Source: Macrostomum hystrix
Taxonomy: Eukaryota > Animalia > Platyhelminthes
Direction: 5' to 3'
Assembly: GCA_950097015.1 (NCBI GenBank)
Contig: CATNEN010000003.1
Span: 12,338,001-12,402,000, forward strand
DNA length: 64,000 nucleotides
Shown: positions 1 through 13,593 of the stretch, piece after piece
Layout of the letters: every line of letters begins with the position of its first letter
Position numbering within the stretch: position 1 is the stretch's first letter
The notes under the pieces: model-generated
Database searches by the model: none
What the model was told of the DNA's origin: nothing
What the model saw: the letters and a program-made list of their open reading frames with translations, nothing else
Translations under genes and position numbers: made by a program

Positions 1-257
1 TACAATTGTAGACTTGAAATAAAATAATGAGTCACGTATTTTCAAATTCACACGTGTTTAACCAATCCTATCTATAGGTGAGAGATTGAAGCTTATGATT
101 TATTACTGGAAGAGATTCGGCTAATTAAGAACAATAGAAACAATAGTAAACACGCTAACCTTAGGTAGAAGGTTGAGAATTAAAGTTTACCACATGCAAC
201 CAAGAATAGCAAATAAAGAAATTTGAAATACAGTGAGTTAATCTGAAAGCATGGAAA

Positions 258-1130
258 ATGAAGGCAGGGAGAGTGAAGGGTCGGGAGAATAAAGGGTGGG
301 AGAGTGAAGGGTGGGAGAGTGAAGGGTGGGAGAGTGAAGGGTGGGAGAATAAAGGGTGGGAGAGTGAAGGGTGGGAGAGTGAAGGGTGGGAAAGTGAAGG
401 GGGGAGAATGAAGGGTGGGAGAATGAAGGGTCGGAGAGTGAAGGGTGGGAGAATAAAGGGTGGGAGAGTGAAGGGTGGGAGAGTGAAGGATGGGAGAGTG
501 AAGGGTGGGAGAATAAAGGGTGGGAGAGTGAAGGGTGGGAGAGTGAAGGGTGGGAGAGTGAAGGGTGGGAGAGTGAAGGGTGGGAGAATAAAGGGTGGGA
601 GAGTGAAGGGTGGGAGAATGAAGGGTGGGAGAATGAAGGGTCGGAGAGTGAAGGGTCGGGAGAGTGAAGGGTGGGAGAATAAAGGGTGGGAGAGTGAAGG
701 GTGGGAGAATGAAGGGTGGGAGAATGAAGGGTCGGAGAGTGAAGGGTCGGGAGAGTGAAGGGTGGGAGAGTGAAGGGTGGGAGAGTGAAGGGTGGGAGAG
801 TGAAGGGTGGGAGAGTGAAGGGTGGGAGAATAAAGGGTGGGAGAGTGAAGGGTGGGAGAGTGAAGGGTGGGAAAGTGAAGGGGGGAGAATGAAGGGTGGG
901 AGAATGAAGGGTCGGAGAGTGAAGGGTCGGGAGAGTGAAGGGTGGGAGAATGAAGGGTGGGAGAATAAAGGGTGGGAGAGTGAAGGGTGGGAGAATGAAG
1001 TGTGGGAGAATGAAGTGTGGGAGAATGAAGTGTGGGAGAATGAAGTGTGGGAGAATGAAGTGTGGGAGAATGAATGTGAAGTGTGAATAGTGTGAATGTG
1101 AATAGTGTGAAGGGAGAGTGAAGGGAGATT
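258..1130. repeat. Minisatellite, ~15-bp unit GAAGGGTGGGAGAGT
   Basis: Tandem array read directly; it explains the overlapping low-complexity ORFs at 161-1181. Confidence 0.97.
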
Positions 1131-1236
1131 AGGTATAAATTTCTGACATACATACAAGCTAGTTAAGTCAGTGTGGCTCAAGCGAAGTAGATTCGCTCAA
1201 CCAATGTCCCCACATGCAATTTTCACCAACCCGCAG

Positions 1237-1415
1237 GTCTAATCCTGACGAGATTCCACGATCAGGCAGCACAGCAGCGGTTTCGCGGTCTCCTGGCGCC
1301 TGGCGATCGCATCCTGGAACTGGAAGGCTTGCCGGCCAATCGCTTGAGCCTGGCTGAAATTCGGACTAGCCTTGCTCATCGGCGCAATTTGCGAGTCAGA
1401 ATGGCGAGCTACTAA
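1237..1415 (+). CDS. Terminal coding exon of a PDZ-domain protein (upstream exons lie outside the window)
   Basis: Acceptor ccgcag at 1231-1236. Manual translation (G)LILTRFHDQAAQQRFRGLLAPGDRILELEGLPANRLSLAEIRTSLAHRRNLRVRMASY* matches the PDZ pattern G.L..GD.IL.v.G....ls..e....L. Not in the ORF track. Confidence 0.7.
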
Positions 1416-2012
1416 AATAAGTAGCTTGCGCGCATTTTAACTGATTTATTTGCATAGCAGAATTAGTGCTTCACTTGTTTTGTAAATAGTTTAGTTTTAT
1501 TTAGTTAAAATGTATTCACAATCATTACTGGTCTTATAGTGACAGAAGAGCTTAAATACATTTAGTCATGTGATTTTATTAAGCACACTTTCATTAGTGA
1601 TTGACATGTTAAAATCAAAGAAACTATTTCTTTTCGCCTTTGTTTTCGTGAATCAAAATCGGTCAATAATGGATAAACTTTTTTCCGCCCTTTTACGATG
1701 AACCAACTTTCAAAGCCGTCGAGATATTCAGCCATGAATATTGTCGAAAACCCGGGTGAAAAGGACAAATAAGATTGCTCTTTAAAAACTTCTAATGCGA
1801 ATCTTTAATCTATGAACTTGCTGACGATGCCGAAATTTTGTAACTCTGGACATTGTTTCACCGGATAGAGCGAAAGATTTTAGCACGTTTTCTGGATTTT
1901 CATTGTTATTGGTTGAATAGTTAGTGAGAAAAAATTAATTATAAATGTGGGTATTTGATACACCTCAGTTGTGCTTCCACTGTTTAGGGACTGATAAAAA
2001 TACGCTCGTAAC

Positions 2013-2368
2013 AATAATTGCAGGAGGACTGCGGGCAATGGATGGCACATCATTTAGTAACACTAGACCCGCAGCCAGCGAGGAGGCAATTCTGCCCATT
2101 TCGTTGACTCCTGAGCACACACGCACACAGATACCGTACGCAGGCACACGCTCACACAGGTGTGTACATCTGCCCTGCATGACTTTCTCATCGTAAGGCA
2201 GTGTACACTCTCTGCCTTGGAGGTTGGCCCTCAAGGGTGTATATTGCACGACAAGCCTCTAAAGCCTTCTCTCCGCGGCTGCGCCTCAAATGAATGTGGC
2301 CTCGCCGTGGAATCGAGCTCAGGGACCTTGGTGCGAGAGGCAAGCACGTTAACCGCTCTGACCGATCG
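2013..2368 (-). mobile_element. tRNA-derived SINE, family B
   Basis: The minus strand begins GGTCAGAGCGGTTAACG...GAGCTCGATTCC (Pol III A/B-box-like) and ends gcaattatt. Homologous to 4380-4595 and 58900-59255. Confidence 0.7.
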
Positions 2369-2944
2369 TTCAATGGACTCAAGCCTAAACTAAGCTTAGA
2401 TTACGAAACTTCACAAGCAGTAATTAGCGGGTTGTTGAAGAACTCGTTAAATCAGAAGAGACACTTTGGCTACACAGACTGCTTCCGCGCCAGTGCACCA
2501 GCTTTTATAGAAAGCCAGGGAACTGTTTTGACAAACGAGTATTGGGGATAATATAGGTGTTCGCACTGGTTAGTTGGGTGTAAAGTGAAAGAGGTGTTAA
2601 CTTTAACAGGAAGCTACCACTTTCATCCCCCTTGGAGGGTTTGAAATAACGAATTTGTAACTGCCAATAAATGATGGATTGACATTCTACTCGTAATTGA
2701 CTCATCAGCTACAAATCAAATTTTGGCTTCCTTAAGCACCTTATTATCACATTTGCGCTGACACATTTTACTTGTCATTAATACCAATGCATTCATTCCT
2801 ATCGTATGCCTATAATTTAATTGTCTGTCTGGTCTCAATGATTAAAATTAATTCTTTGCGGCTTCAAGAAAGCAGTGATATAGTTTGCGATTTCGAAAAT
2901 GTAGAGCTACCCAAGCAGCAGGTTATTGGAGAGAACCAATCTCT

Positions 2945-3600
2945 TTATATATCTATCTACCTGTCCAAGCTAAATCCATCCATATATCTATCTACCTGTC
3001 CAAGCTAAATCCATCCATATATCTATCTACCTGTCCAAGCTAAATCCATCCATATATCTATCTACCTGTCCAAGCTATATCCATCCATATATCTATCTAC
3101 CTGTCCAAGCTATATCCATCCATATATCTATCTACCTGTCCAAGCTATATCCATCCATATATTTATCTACCTGTCCAAGCTATATCCATCCATATATCTA
3201 TCTACCTGTCCAAGCTATATCCATCCATATATCTATCTACCTGTCCAAGCTATATCCATCCATATATCTATCTACCTGTCCAAGCTATATCCATCCATAT
3301 ATCTATCTACCTGTCCAAGCTATATCCATCCATATATCTATCTACCTGTCCAAGCTATATCCATCCATATATCTATCTACCTGTCCAAGCTATATCCATC
3401 CATATATTTATCTACCTGTCCAAGCTATATCCATCCATATATCTATCTACCTGTCCAAGCTATATCCATCCATATATCTATCTACCTGTCCAAGCTATAT
3501 CCATCCATATATCTATCTACCTGTCCAAGCTATATCCATCCATATATCTATCTACCTGTCCAAGCTATATCCATCCATATATCTATCTACCTGTCTGAAC
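2945..3600. repeat. Minisatellite, 35-bp unit ATCTATCTACCTGTCCAAGCTATATCCATCCATAT
   Basis: Direct tandem array. Confidence 0.97.
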
Positions 3601-3984
3601 TATCCATTCATAGATCTTTACTTCTAGGTGTCTACTTTAAGATCTCTGCAAGACAAGAAAATGGTTGCTATGGAGTCATATCAGAATCGAAATTTCGTAC
3701 GGACCGATTGCAGTTACAATTAGTCGCATCGATGCTTATCTACTTTGGAATCATAAGCCCTATCTTAAGCATAGCTAGCCGATTCGTAAACTTTGTCTGT
3801 TACGTTTTAAGCATTGTGCCAAATCATCTAATAGGCTTAAATCTAAATCTCTAACAGGTGCGAGTTGTAGTCACATCTGCGACCATCTGGGTCCCGTCTT
3901 ACTTGCTGATTTCTACAAAGAGTGTGTGATTACTGGCATAGCGGCAGTGGAAGATATCGAAGGGTCATGAGTGTAATCACACAG

Positions 3985-4313
3985 GAGGTTGTAGCCCAGT
4001 AGGAAATTGCAGCCATTGTGGTTAGTGCGACCTGAAGGTTAGGGGTTCGATTCCCGACTCTACTGGAACAATTTGTGGTCCTTTAGCAGGATGCTTAACT
4101 CTGCATTGCTTCAGTTCACCCAGCTGTTAAATGAGTATCAGCATCAGCTGCATGGGGTAATTGAGGATGGGTGTGGCGTCCCCCAGTCCATGGACTGAAC
4201 AGCTGTACGCAGCCTTCAGATGCGCCGCGCAATAGCTGCGGCTGTGCTGTCGGCTGCACATCTGGCCCAATTGTGGCAGGTGTAGTCTATTACTACTATT
4301 ACTATTATTATTA
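3985..4313 (+). mobile_element. tRNA-derived SINE, family A (CORE-like central domain)
   Basis: TAGCCCAGT A-box, GGTTCGATTCCC B-box, CORE-like ttaactctgcattgcttcagttcacccagctgttaaatg segment and (TAT/TAC)n tail. Other copies at 25373, 35745 and 49860. Confidence 0.8.
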
Positions 4314-4379
4314 TGGGTGTTATTAATAAGTAATTAAATAATCATGAATGCATGACCTGTAAAATAGTAGTAAATTTTA

Positions 4380-4595
4380 TAATAATTGCAGGGTGGCTGC
4401 GGGCAATGGCACACAATTTCGTCAGCGAGGAGGCAATTCTGCCCATTCCACTGACTCCTGAGCACACACGCACACTCACACAGATATAGTTCGCAAGCTT
4501 GAATTTGACATTATCAGGCAGTGTACACTCTTAAGTCTGTACTTTGGCGGTCGTCCCTTATTGGCACAAACAAGCCACCTAGCCATCTCTCCACC
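4380..4595 (-). mobile_element. SINE family B, 5'-truncated copy
   Basis: Aligns to 2013-2275 (gcgaggaggcaattctgcccatt...gactcctgagcacacacg). Confidence 0.75.
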
Positions 4596-5179
4596 TTCTC
4601 TATCGGAAATTGTTCTTACCAAATCATTTGGTAAGATAAGAACGTTTTAGAGGAAGTAAGGAAAACATATCTAATGCTCGCTTCACAGAAGCGGAATAAG
4701 CAAAAGAGAATTAAAATGAACAATCAGTATATAGGCACTTAATTCTGAATAAGTTTTTTAAACAAACACTCTTTAACCCAATAATGGACTATATAGCATT
4801 GTCAACTTGACAACTACAGCATGAGCTTTTGTTTGCTTGTTTGCGCAAACATTGTTAAACACTCTCTTATAGAAGTGTTCTTATATTTGATTAAACACCA
4901 AAATCATTACTAACCGTTCAACTCGAGTCCCCAATAATAAATTAATGTTATTCAACAAAGAATAATTCTTCTAGTGTTTTCAATTCAACAAGGGATGCTT
5001 TGCGGTCTAATGACATCATCGCCATTGTGCGGTAGGTTTCGATTCCATTGTTTGGCTGTCAGAATGTCATTATCATGTTGAATATTTACCTCGGGGACTT
5101 TGAGATTCATAAAACGAGAAATTAGAATAAAGATTAAAATTTTTTTATTTAGATTTATTTTTTTGTTAGAAAACTAAAA

Positions 5180-5850
5180 GAGAGACAGACAGTGAGACAG
5201 AGACAGAGACAGAGAGACAGAGAGACAGAGACAGAGACAGAGAGACAGAGACAGAGAGACAGAGAGACAGAGAGACAGAGACAGAGAGACAGAGAGACAG
5301 AGACAGAGACATAGACAGAGACAGAGACAGAGACAGAGAGACAGAGAGACAGAGACAGAGACATAGACAGAGACAGAGACAGAGACAGAGAGACAGAGAG
5401 ACAGAGACAGAGACAGAGAGACAGAGAGACAGAGAGACAGAGACAGAGACATAGACAGAGACAGAGACAGAGACAGAGAGACAGAGAGACAGAGACAGAG
5501 ACAGAGACAGAGAGACAGAGACAGAGAGACAGAGACAGAGAGACAGAGAGACAGAGACAGAGAGACAGAGACAGAGACAGAGACAGAGACAGAGAGACAG
5601 AGTGACAGAGACAGAGACAGAGACAGATACAGAGACAGAGACAGAGAGACAGAGACAGAGACAGAGAGACAGAGACAGAGACAGATACAGAGACAGAGAC
5701 AGAGAGACAGAGACAGAGAGACAGAGACAGAGAGACAGAGACAGAGAGACAGAGACAGAGAGACAGAGAGACAGAGACAGAGAGACAGAGACAGAGACAG
5801 AGACAGAGACAGAGACAGAGACAGAGACAGAGACAGAGACAGAGAGACAG
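5180..5850. repeat. (AGAGAC)n-type microsatellite
   Basis: Direct tandem array. Confidence 0.97.
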
Positions 5851-6734
5851 AAATATACACAGTCGGAAATATCATTATAAATTTAAAAAATTCTTAAGAC
5901 GAAGATTCAACTACTTTGAGTAGTAAATATAGGTTTTACTAGCATATTTGAGTAATGATCAGCCAACTTAGCTCAAGTGAGTCAGCTGTTTAAAAAAACT
6001 TGAATTTCACAGCAAAACGAAGCATCGACGTCTTTTGTTGAAACCTTATTTTTCAACTACATACAACTTGGAGTTTAAAATTAATTTCTTCTTTTACGCA
6101 TATCCTAATTAAAAAAATTGTGTTCAATTTGTACTTCAAATTGCTTGTGTCTGATCGCACTGAAGGTAGTTTTTCAAATGATCATCTGTTTGCCCTGTCT
6201 GTGTTTGTTTAGTATTAGTGTCACATATAAGTGAGATTTGTACACAGAATTTATTATTATTAGCAGCAGAACATATTGACTCAAAAAGTCTGTAAATTTC
6301 AATTGGCACAAAACTTGTCTTTGGCTAAATTAGTTGAGTTGTGAATAATTGACAAATGCTTGTCTTTCTTGTGATGCGGTCAATGCAAAGCAGGTCACAA
6401 TAAAGGCTAGAGATAGATTTCAGTTCTGTTTGTTTGGCACACATATCGCGTGGTTGCTATACTTAAATTAATTTCTTTTGCTCGTGTCAACCTGAAATTT
6501 GAGCTATACATTTTTGTGTAAGCAAATACATCGTGTAGTTGTCCTCTGATAATTAAATTCTTCTTCGACTTTCATAGTTTTATTAACTTCTGCAACAGGA
6601 GTGAGTGCTCAGCAAATAATTGCAGTTTGATAACTGATTAACGCGTGATGGCAAAGACTGAAGCAGTGGGGCTATAGTTATTTGCTTTAGAACTTTTTGC
6701 TAAATTTTCTGCATAGAACTTTTTGACGTGTGGA

Positions 6735-7590
6735 TATTCTCTGTGCCATTATTAGTGCCATTCTCTATGCCATTATCAGTGCCATTCTGTATGCCATTAT
6801 CAGTGCCATTCTCTGTGCCAAAACAGTGCCATTCTCTATGCCATTATCAGTGCCATTCTCTATGCCATTATCAGTGCCATTCTCTATGCCATTATCAGTG
6901 CCATTCTCTCTGCCATTATCAGTACCATTCTCTCTGCCATTATCAGTGCCATTCTCTATGCCATTATCAGTGCCATTCTCTATGCCATTATCAGTGCCAT
7001 TCTCTATGCCATTATCAGTGCCATTCTCTATGCCATTATCAGTGCCATTCTCTCTGCCATTATCAGTGCCATTCTCTATGCCATTATCAGTGCCATTCTC
7101 TATGCCATTATCAGTGCCATTCTCTATGCCATTATCAGTGCCATTCTCTATGCCATTATCAGTGCCATTCACTCTGCCATTATCAGTGCCATTCTCTATG
7201 CCATTATCAGTGCCATTCTCTATGCCATTATCATTGCCATTCTCTGTGCCAAATCAGTGCCATTCTCTATGCCATTATCAGTGCCATTCTCTATGCCATT
7301 ATCAGTGCCATTCTCTATGCCATTATCAGTGCCATTCTGAATGCCATTATTAGTGCCATTCTCTATGCCATTATCAGTGCCATTCTCTATGCCATTATCA
7401 GTGCCATTCTCTATGCCATTATCAGTGCCATTATGTATGCCATTATCAGTGCCATTCTCTGTGCCATTATCAGTGCCATTCTCTATGCCATTATCAGTGC
7501 CATTCTCTATGCCATTATCAGTGCCATTCTGTATGCCATTGTCGGTGCCATTCTGTATGCCATTGTCGGTACCATTTTTATTGCCATTAT
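6735..7590. repeat. Minisatellite, 24-bp unit GCCATTCTCTATGCCATTATCAGT (two diverged 12-mers)
   Basis: Direct tandem array. Confidence 0.97.
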
Positions 7591-8006
7591 CACAGAAATT
7601 TCTCTGCAATTCACAGTGCCACTTATCATTACCATTTCATGTAATACTGTATATGTTTTTATCCCCGACATCAGCACCGCCATTCTCAACCATTCACTGC
7701 CATTATCACTGCACAGATTGTATCTAATCTTGTACCTATAGTTTTTCTGCTTTATTTCTGATATCCTTGTCTCCATTTCTGTATCTTTTTCTTTCTATTC
7801 TCTCTCTGTTACATGTAATAAAAATAGCTAGGCTTATTATCTAAGCGATAAACTTTTTGGCTATGAGTTTTAAACAAATTCTGCCATTTTTTAAGTACAT
7901 TACATAATTTTGCACTTTCTTTAACTAGAACATATACGACTTACGTTATGCGTCACAGCATCAAATTTTCTGGTGCATTTCTGCAGAATTCTGCCCTAAA
8001 TTTTGT

Positions 8007-8830
8007 CATCATCGCCCTCTGTTCTCATCATCGCCCTCTGTTCTCATCATCGCCCTCTGTTCTCATCATCGCCCTCTGTTCTCATCATCGCCCTCTGTTC
8101 TCATCATCGCCCTCTGTTCTCATCATCGCCCTCTGTTCTCATCATCGCCCTCTGTTCTCATCATCGCCCTCTGTTCTCATCATCGCCCTCTGTTCTCATC
8201 ATCGCCCTCTGTTCTCATCATCGCCCTCTGTTCTCATCATCGCCCTCTGTTCTCATCATCGCCCTCTGTTCTCATCATCGCCCTCTGTTCTCATCATCGC
8301 CCTCTGTTCTCATCATCGCCCTCTGTTCTCATCATCGCCCTCTGTTCTCATCATCGTCCTCTGTTCTCATCATCGTCCTCTGTTCTCATCATCGCCCTCT
8401 GTTCTCATCATCGCCCTCTGTTCTCATCATCGCCCTCTGTTCTCATCATCGCCCTCTGTACTCATCCTCGCCAAATGCACTTAATCCTTGCCCTCTGTTC
8501 TTATCATCGCCCTCTCTACTCATCCTCGCCATATGCACTTAATCCTTGCCCTCTGTTCTTATCATCGCCCTCTGTTCTCATCCTCGCCAAATGCACTTAA
8601 TCCTTGCCCTCTGTTCTTATCATCGCCCTCTGTTCTCATCATCGCCCTCTGTTCTCATCATCGCCCTCTGTTCTCATCATCGCCCTCTGTACTCATCCTC
8701 GCCAAATGCACTTAATCCTTGCCCTCTGTTCTTATCATCGCCCTCTGTTCTCATCCTCGCCAAATGCACTTAATCCTTGCCCTCTGTTCTCATCATCGCT
8801 CTATGTTCTCATCATCGCCCTCTGTTCTCT
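8007..8830. repeat. Minisatellite, 19-bp unit TCATCATCGCCCTCTGTTC, changing to a ~58-bp higher-order unit after ~8450
   Basis: Direct tandem array. Confidence 0.97.
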
Positions 8831-9253
8831 TTCTCGCCATATGTAATATGGCAAAGTAATAAACCATTATCTTATCAAGCAGTAAAAAGTTAAGCAATTT
8901 ACAATCGAACTATGCAAAATAAGTCTAGCTTTCTGCGGCTAATCTATCGCTACAGTTAATTTATGCGACGCAAAATAGAACAGATTGCTTCTTTGGTCTT
9001 CTGCATTTTAGCCGATTAGATTGCATAGGTGAGAAAGCAGCAAAACACTCTCCCTTTATGGTTGGCAAGCCTATTTTGTAGATAATAAATTATTACTGAA
9101 AGTGTTGCAATTTCGTTGCTACAAAAGAACTGCAGGTCGCTTATAAAAGAAAGTAAATAAAAGTTTGAAGAGCTAAGAATTCCGACAGGCAGCAAGGCTA
9201 TGGAGTGACACCAGATGTGTCATTCAATGCTGCTTTATCTGTCTATTTTGCAG

Positions 9254-9326
9254 CTCCAAATAGTTTGATCGAGTAATCTGAGTCCAACCTGATTGACATT
9301 TTATCTTGATTAAAACTGTATGACAG
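9254..9326 (+). other. Possible non-coding (5'UTR) exon of the downstream SLC5 gene
   Basis: Strong acceptor ttttgcag and donor ag|gtaagt flank 73 nt; another acceptor tttcgcag lies at ~15430, upstream of the SLC5 ATG. No transcript evidence. Confidence 0.3.
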
Positions 9327-9407
9327 GTAAGTTTAGATGCCGTTGGCCATGCAGTATGATCCGCTTGGTTGAAATTGGCATTGGCTTGTGAAAATACACG
9401 TATAATA

Positions 9408-11423
9408 GGGAGTGTGAGAAAGGGAGAGTGTGAGAGAGGGAGGGTGTGAGAGAGGGAGAGTGTGAGAGAGGGAGGGTGTGAGAGAGGGAGGGTGTGAGAG
9501 AGGGAGGGTGTGAGAGAGGGAGAGTGTGAGAGAGGGAGGGTGTGAGAGAGGGATAGTGTGAGAGAGGGATAGTGTGAGAGAGGGAGAGTGTGAGAGAGGG
9601 ATAGTGTGAGAGAGGGAGAGTGTGAGAGAGGGAGAGTGTGAGAGAGGGAGAGTGTGAGAGAGGGATAGTGTGAGAGAGGGAGGGTGTGAGAGAGGGAGAG
9701 TGTGAGAGAGGGAGAGTGTGAGAGAGGGATAGTGTGAGAGAGGGAGAATGTGAGAGAGGGATAGTGTGAGAGAGGGAGGGTGTGAGAGAGGGAGAGTGTG
9801 AGAGACGAATGGTGTGAGAGAGGGAGAGTGTGAGAGAGAGGGTGTGAGAGAGAGAGGGAGTGAGAGAGGGAGGGTGTGAGAGAGGGAGGGAGTGAGAGAG
9901 GGAGGGTGTGAGAGAGGGAGGGTGTGAGAGAGGGAGGGTGTTAGAGAGGGAGGGTGTTAGAGAGGGAGGGTGTGAGAGAGGGAGGGTGTTAGAGAGGGAG
10001 GGTGTTAGAGAGGGAGGGTGTGAGAGAGGGAGGGTGTTAGAGAGGGAGAGTGTGAGAGAGGGATAGTGTGAGAGAGGGAGGGTGTGAGAGAGGGAGAGTG
10101 TGAGAGAGGCAGGGTGTGAGAGAGGGAGGGTGTGAGAGAGGGAGGGTGTGAGAGAGGGAGGGTGTGAGAGAGGGAGGGTGTGAGAGAGGGAGGGTGTTAG
10201 AGAGGGAGAGTGTGAGAGAGGGATAGTGTGAGAGAGGGAGGGTGTGAGAGAGGGAGAGTGTGAGAGAGGCAGGGTGTGAGAGAGGGAGGGTGTGAGAGAG
10301 GGAGGGTGTGAGAGAGGGAGGGTGTGAGAGAGGGAGGGTGTGAGAGAGGAAGGGTGTGAGAGAGGGAGGGTGTGAGAGAGGGAGGGTGTGAGAGAGGGAG
10401 GGAGTGAGAGAGGGAGGGTGTGAGAGAGGGAGGGTGTGAGAGAGGGAGGGTGTTAGAGAGGGAGGGTGTTAGAGAGGGAGGGTGTGAGAGAGGGAGGGTG
10501 TTAGAGAGGGAGGGTGTTAGAGAGGGAGGGTGTGAGAGAGGGAGAGTGTGAGAGAGGGAGAGTGTGAGAGAGGGATAGTGTGAGAGAGGGAGGGTGTGAG
10601 AGAGGGAGAGTGTGAGAGAGGGAGAGTGTGAGAGAGGGATAGTGTGAGAGAGGGAGAATGTGAGAGAGGGATAGTGTGAGAGAGGGAGGGTGTGAGAGAG
10701 GGAGAGTGTGAGAGACGAATGGTGTGAGAGAGGGAGAGTGTGAGAGAGAGGGTGTGAGAGAGGGAGGGAGTGAGAGAGGGAGGGTGTGAGAGAGGGAGGG
10801 AGTGAGAGAGGGAGGGTGTGAGAGAGGGAGGGTGTGAGAGAGGGAGGGTGTTAGAGAGGGAGGGTGTTAGAGAGGGAGGGTGTGAGAGAGGGAGGGTGTT
10901 AGAGAGGGAGGGTGTTAGAGAGGGAGGGTGTGAGAGAGGGAGGGTGTTAGAGAGGGAGAGTGTGAGAGAGGGATAGTGTGAGAGAGGGAGGGTGTGAGAG
11001 AGGGAGAGTGTGAGAGAGGCAGGGTGTGAGAGAGGGAGGGTGTGAGAGAGGGAGGGTGTGAGAGAGGGAGGGTGTGAGAGAGGGAGGGTGTGAGAGAGGG
11101 AGGGTGTTAGAGAGGGAGAGTGTGAGAGAGGGATAGTGTGAGAGAGGGAGGGTGTGAGAGAGGGAGAGTGTGAGAGAGGCAGGGTGTGAGAGAGGGAGGG
11201 TGTGAGAGAGGGAGGGTGTGAGAGAGGGAGGGTGTGAGAGAGGGTGGGTGTGAGAGAGGAAGGGTGTGAGAGAGGGAGGGTGTGAGAGAGGGAGGGTGTG
11301 AGAGAGGGAGGGTGTGAGAGAGGGAGGGTGTGAGAGAGGGAGGGTGTGAGAGAGGGAGGGTGTGAGAGAGGGAGGGTGTGAGAGAGGGAGGGTGTGAGAG
11401 AGGGAGGGTGTTAGAGAGGGAGG
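9408..11423. repeat. Purine-rich minisatellite, 16-bp unit GAGAGAGGGAGGGTGT
   Basis: Direct tandem array of ~2 kb. Confidence 0.97.
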
Positions 11424-12019
11424 GGAATTGTTCTTTAACGTGAAAGACAATTTAGAGTGAAATAGATAAATTGTAACTCGTATTTAGAATGGAAAGCAGT
11501 GCTATAATTTACACAAAAAAGGGTTGGCTATCAACAGTTTCTATAAACGCATAAACAGTTTATATTGCTCTGAATTTGTTATAAGTAATATTACATGGCA
11601 CAGCAGACTGACACATGCCAGTAACACAGATTTGCACTAATTGAATTCATGCTTAGAAATCGACAGTTATGGCCCGGCAGTTCGCTTGTTTAACCCAATA
11701 AAAAAAGGATTTAGGCTTTTAGTCACAAGCAGGAATATGATGTTTTATAGAATGATTTATTGGTGTTAGTGAAGTCTAGAACGCGGCTCTACACCATATA
11801 GTTAATGAAATTAAATGTCACTATTGTTTATCGATAAATTTAAAATCATTTTTAGCCAGCAAATTTTGAAGTTCCTCATAAATTATTACTCATTCTTCAG
11901 TCCCTAATAAATATCTTCAAGGAAACCACATTTCAACCTCATTATCGATATCGCGACGTTAGTCTCACCGCTCTGTGCCTAAATCCAAGCCTTCGAACCA
12001 TTAAATATGAGATTTATGT

Positions 12020-12665
12020 ACCTAAATGTCACTGATTCTGTTCCTAAATGTCACTGATTCTGTTCCTAAATGTCACTGATTCTGTTCCTAAATGTCACTG
12101 ATTCTGTTCCTAAATCTCACTGATTCTGTTCCTAAATCTCACTGATTCTGTTCCTAAATCTCACCAGTTCTGTTCCTAAATCTCACCAGTTCTGTTCCTA
12201 AATCTCACTGATTCTGTTCCTAAATCTCACTGATTCTGTTCCTAAATCTCACTGATTCTGTTCCCAAATCTCGCTAAATATGTTCCTAAATCTCGCTAAA
12301 TATGTTCCTAAATATCGCTAAATATGTTCCTAAATCTCGCTAAATATGTTCCTAAATCTCGCTAAATATGTTCCTAAATATCGCTAAATATGTTCTTAAA
12401 TCTCGCTAAATATGTTCCTAAATCTCGCTAAATATGTTCCCAAATCTCGCTAAATATGTTCCTAAATATCGCTAAATATGTTCCTAAATCTCGCTAAATA
12501 TGTTCCCAAATCTCGCTAAATATGTTCCTAAATATCGCTAAATATGTTCCTAAATCTCGCTAAATATGTTCCTAAATCTCGCTAAATATGTTCCTAAATC
12601 TCGCTAAATATGTTCTTAAATCTCGCTAAATATGTTCCTAAATCTCACTGATTCTGTTCCTATCT
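12020..12665. repeat. Minisatellite, 22-bp unit with two variant blocks (CCTAAATCTCACTGATTCTGTT / CCTAAATCTCGCTAAATATGTT)
   Basis: Direct tandem array. Confidence 0.95.
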
Positions 12666-13593
12666 GTTCCTAGTCGGTTGCCTGCCTTCCTATTGGCTGT
12701 CGCGGGCAGAGCTCTAAATGATGGCCCTTATAAAATTAAAATGTTTGCCATTTTTGCAAAATTAATCTTCAAAGAAAACCAATGATAGAAATAGTCACTA
12801 TTCTTTATCGAAAACATAGATCCCAAATCCTGAAACACAGCGACATATGTTTTGTTGATGACAAGACGTTTTTTAACAGGTAAAATATTCGAAAACTTTT
12901 ATACGAGCCTAACACTTGAATATTTACCTGTTGGTTAATTAAAGGTTGCGAAATGGCGCTTTGTAAGATAATATCCTTTAACATTCTATAATTCTATACA
13001 CAATGACTGCATTGGTACATTCTTTCAATTATTGTAACGTGTACTTTTGTATTTTTTAACGAAAAACTTCAATAGTTATGTTTCAGCAGGTTAACTAGTT
13101 TTTAAAATAATTAGATAGATACTGCATCACATAAAGAGAAGTGTCATGCAGTTATTGATAAATTGATTTTTTAATTTATTAATTTATTGATAATCTATTT
13201 TTATACACCAAATTCCTTTGCATCTTCTAATCAGTAAGTCTGTACTATTGACGCATGTGTACTTTTGAAGAAACTAAATGTGCGTCTGAATAATCTGTCT
13301 GTACCTTTCAATTGTACTTTAATGAATCGGTTTAAACCAAGAAATCTCAAAACAATAAGTATTTACTCTTATCGTATTGAATTTAGGTACTTTTTAAAAA
13401 GTACATTAGTTTTTTTGTACTTTAAGTACTTCTTTACAGATGTACTTATAATTTATTTAAAAAATTCACATGTAGAAACACATTAATTTTTATTCGTTAT
13501 TGTAATTTACAATAAAATACTAGGGTTGCCCGGCCGAAAATAGGACTGCTTTAATAACCCAGCAACATGCATGCAAACAAAACGAAACTTGGG

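Noticed and set aside
2294-2551. 85-aa ORF next to SINE B
   Set aside because: It starts within the SINE head and has no recognisable motif.
161-11450. Long low-complexity ORFs (330, 337, 233, 179 and 167 aa, etc.)
   Set aside because: They coincide exactly with tandem arrays whose units lack stop codons and are open in several frames and on both strands.
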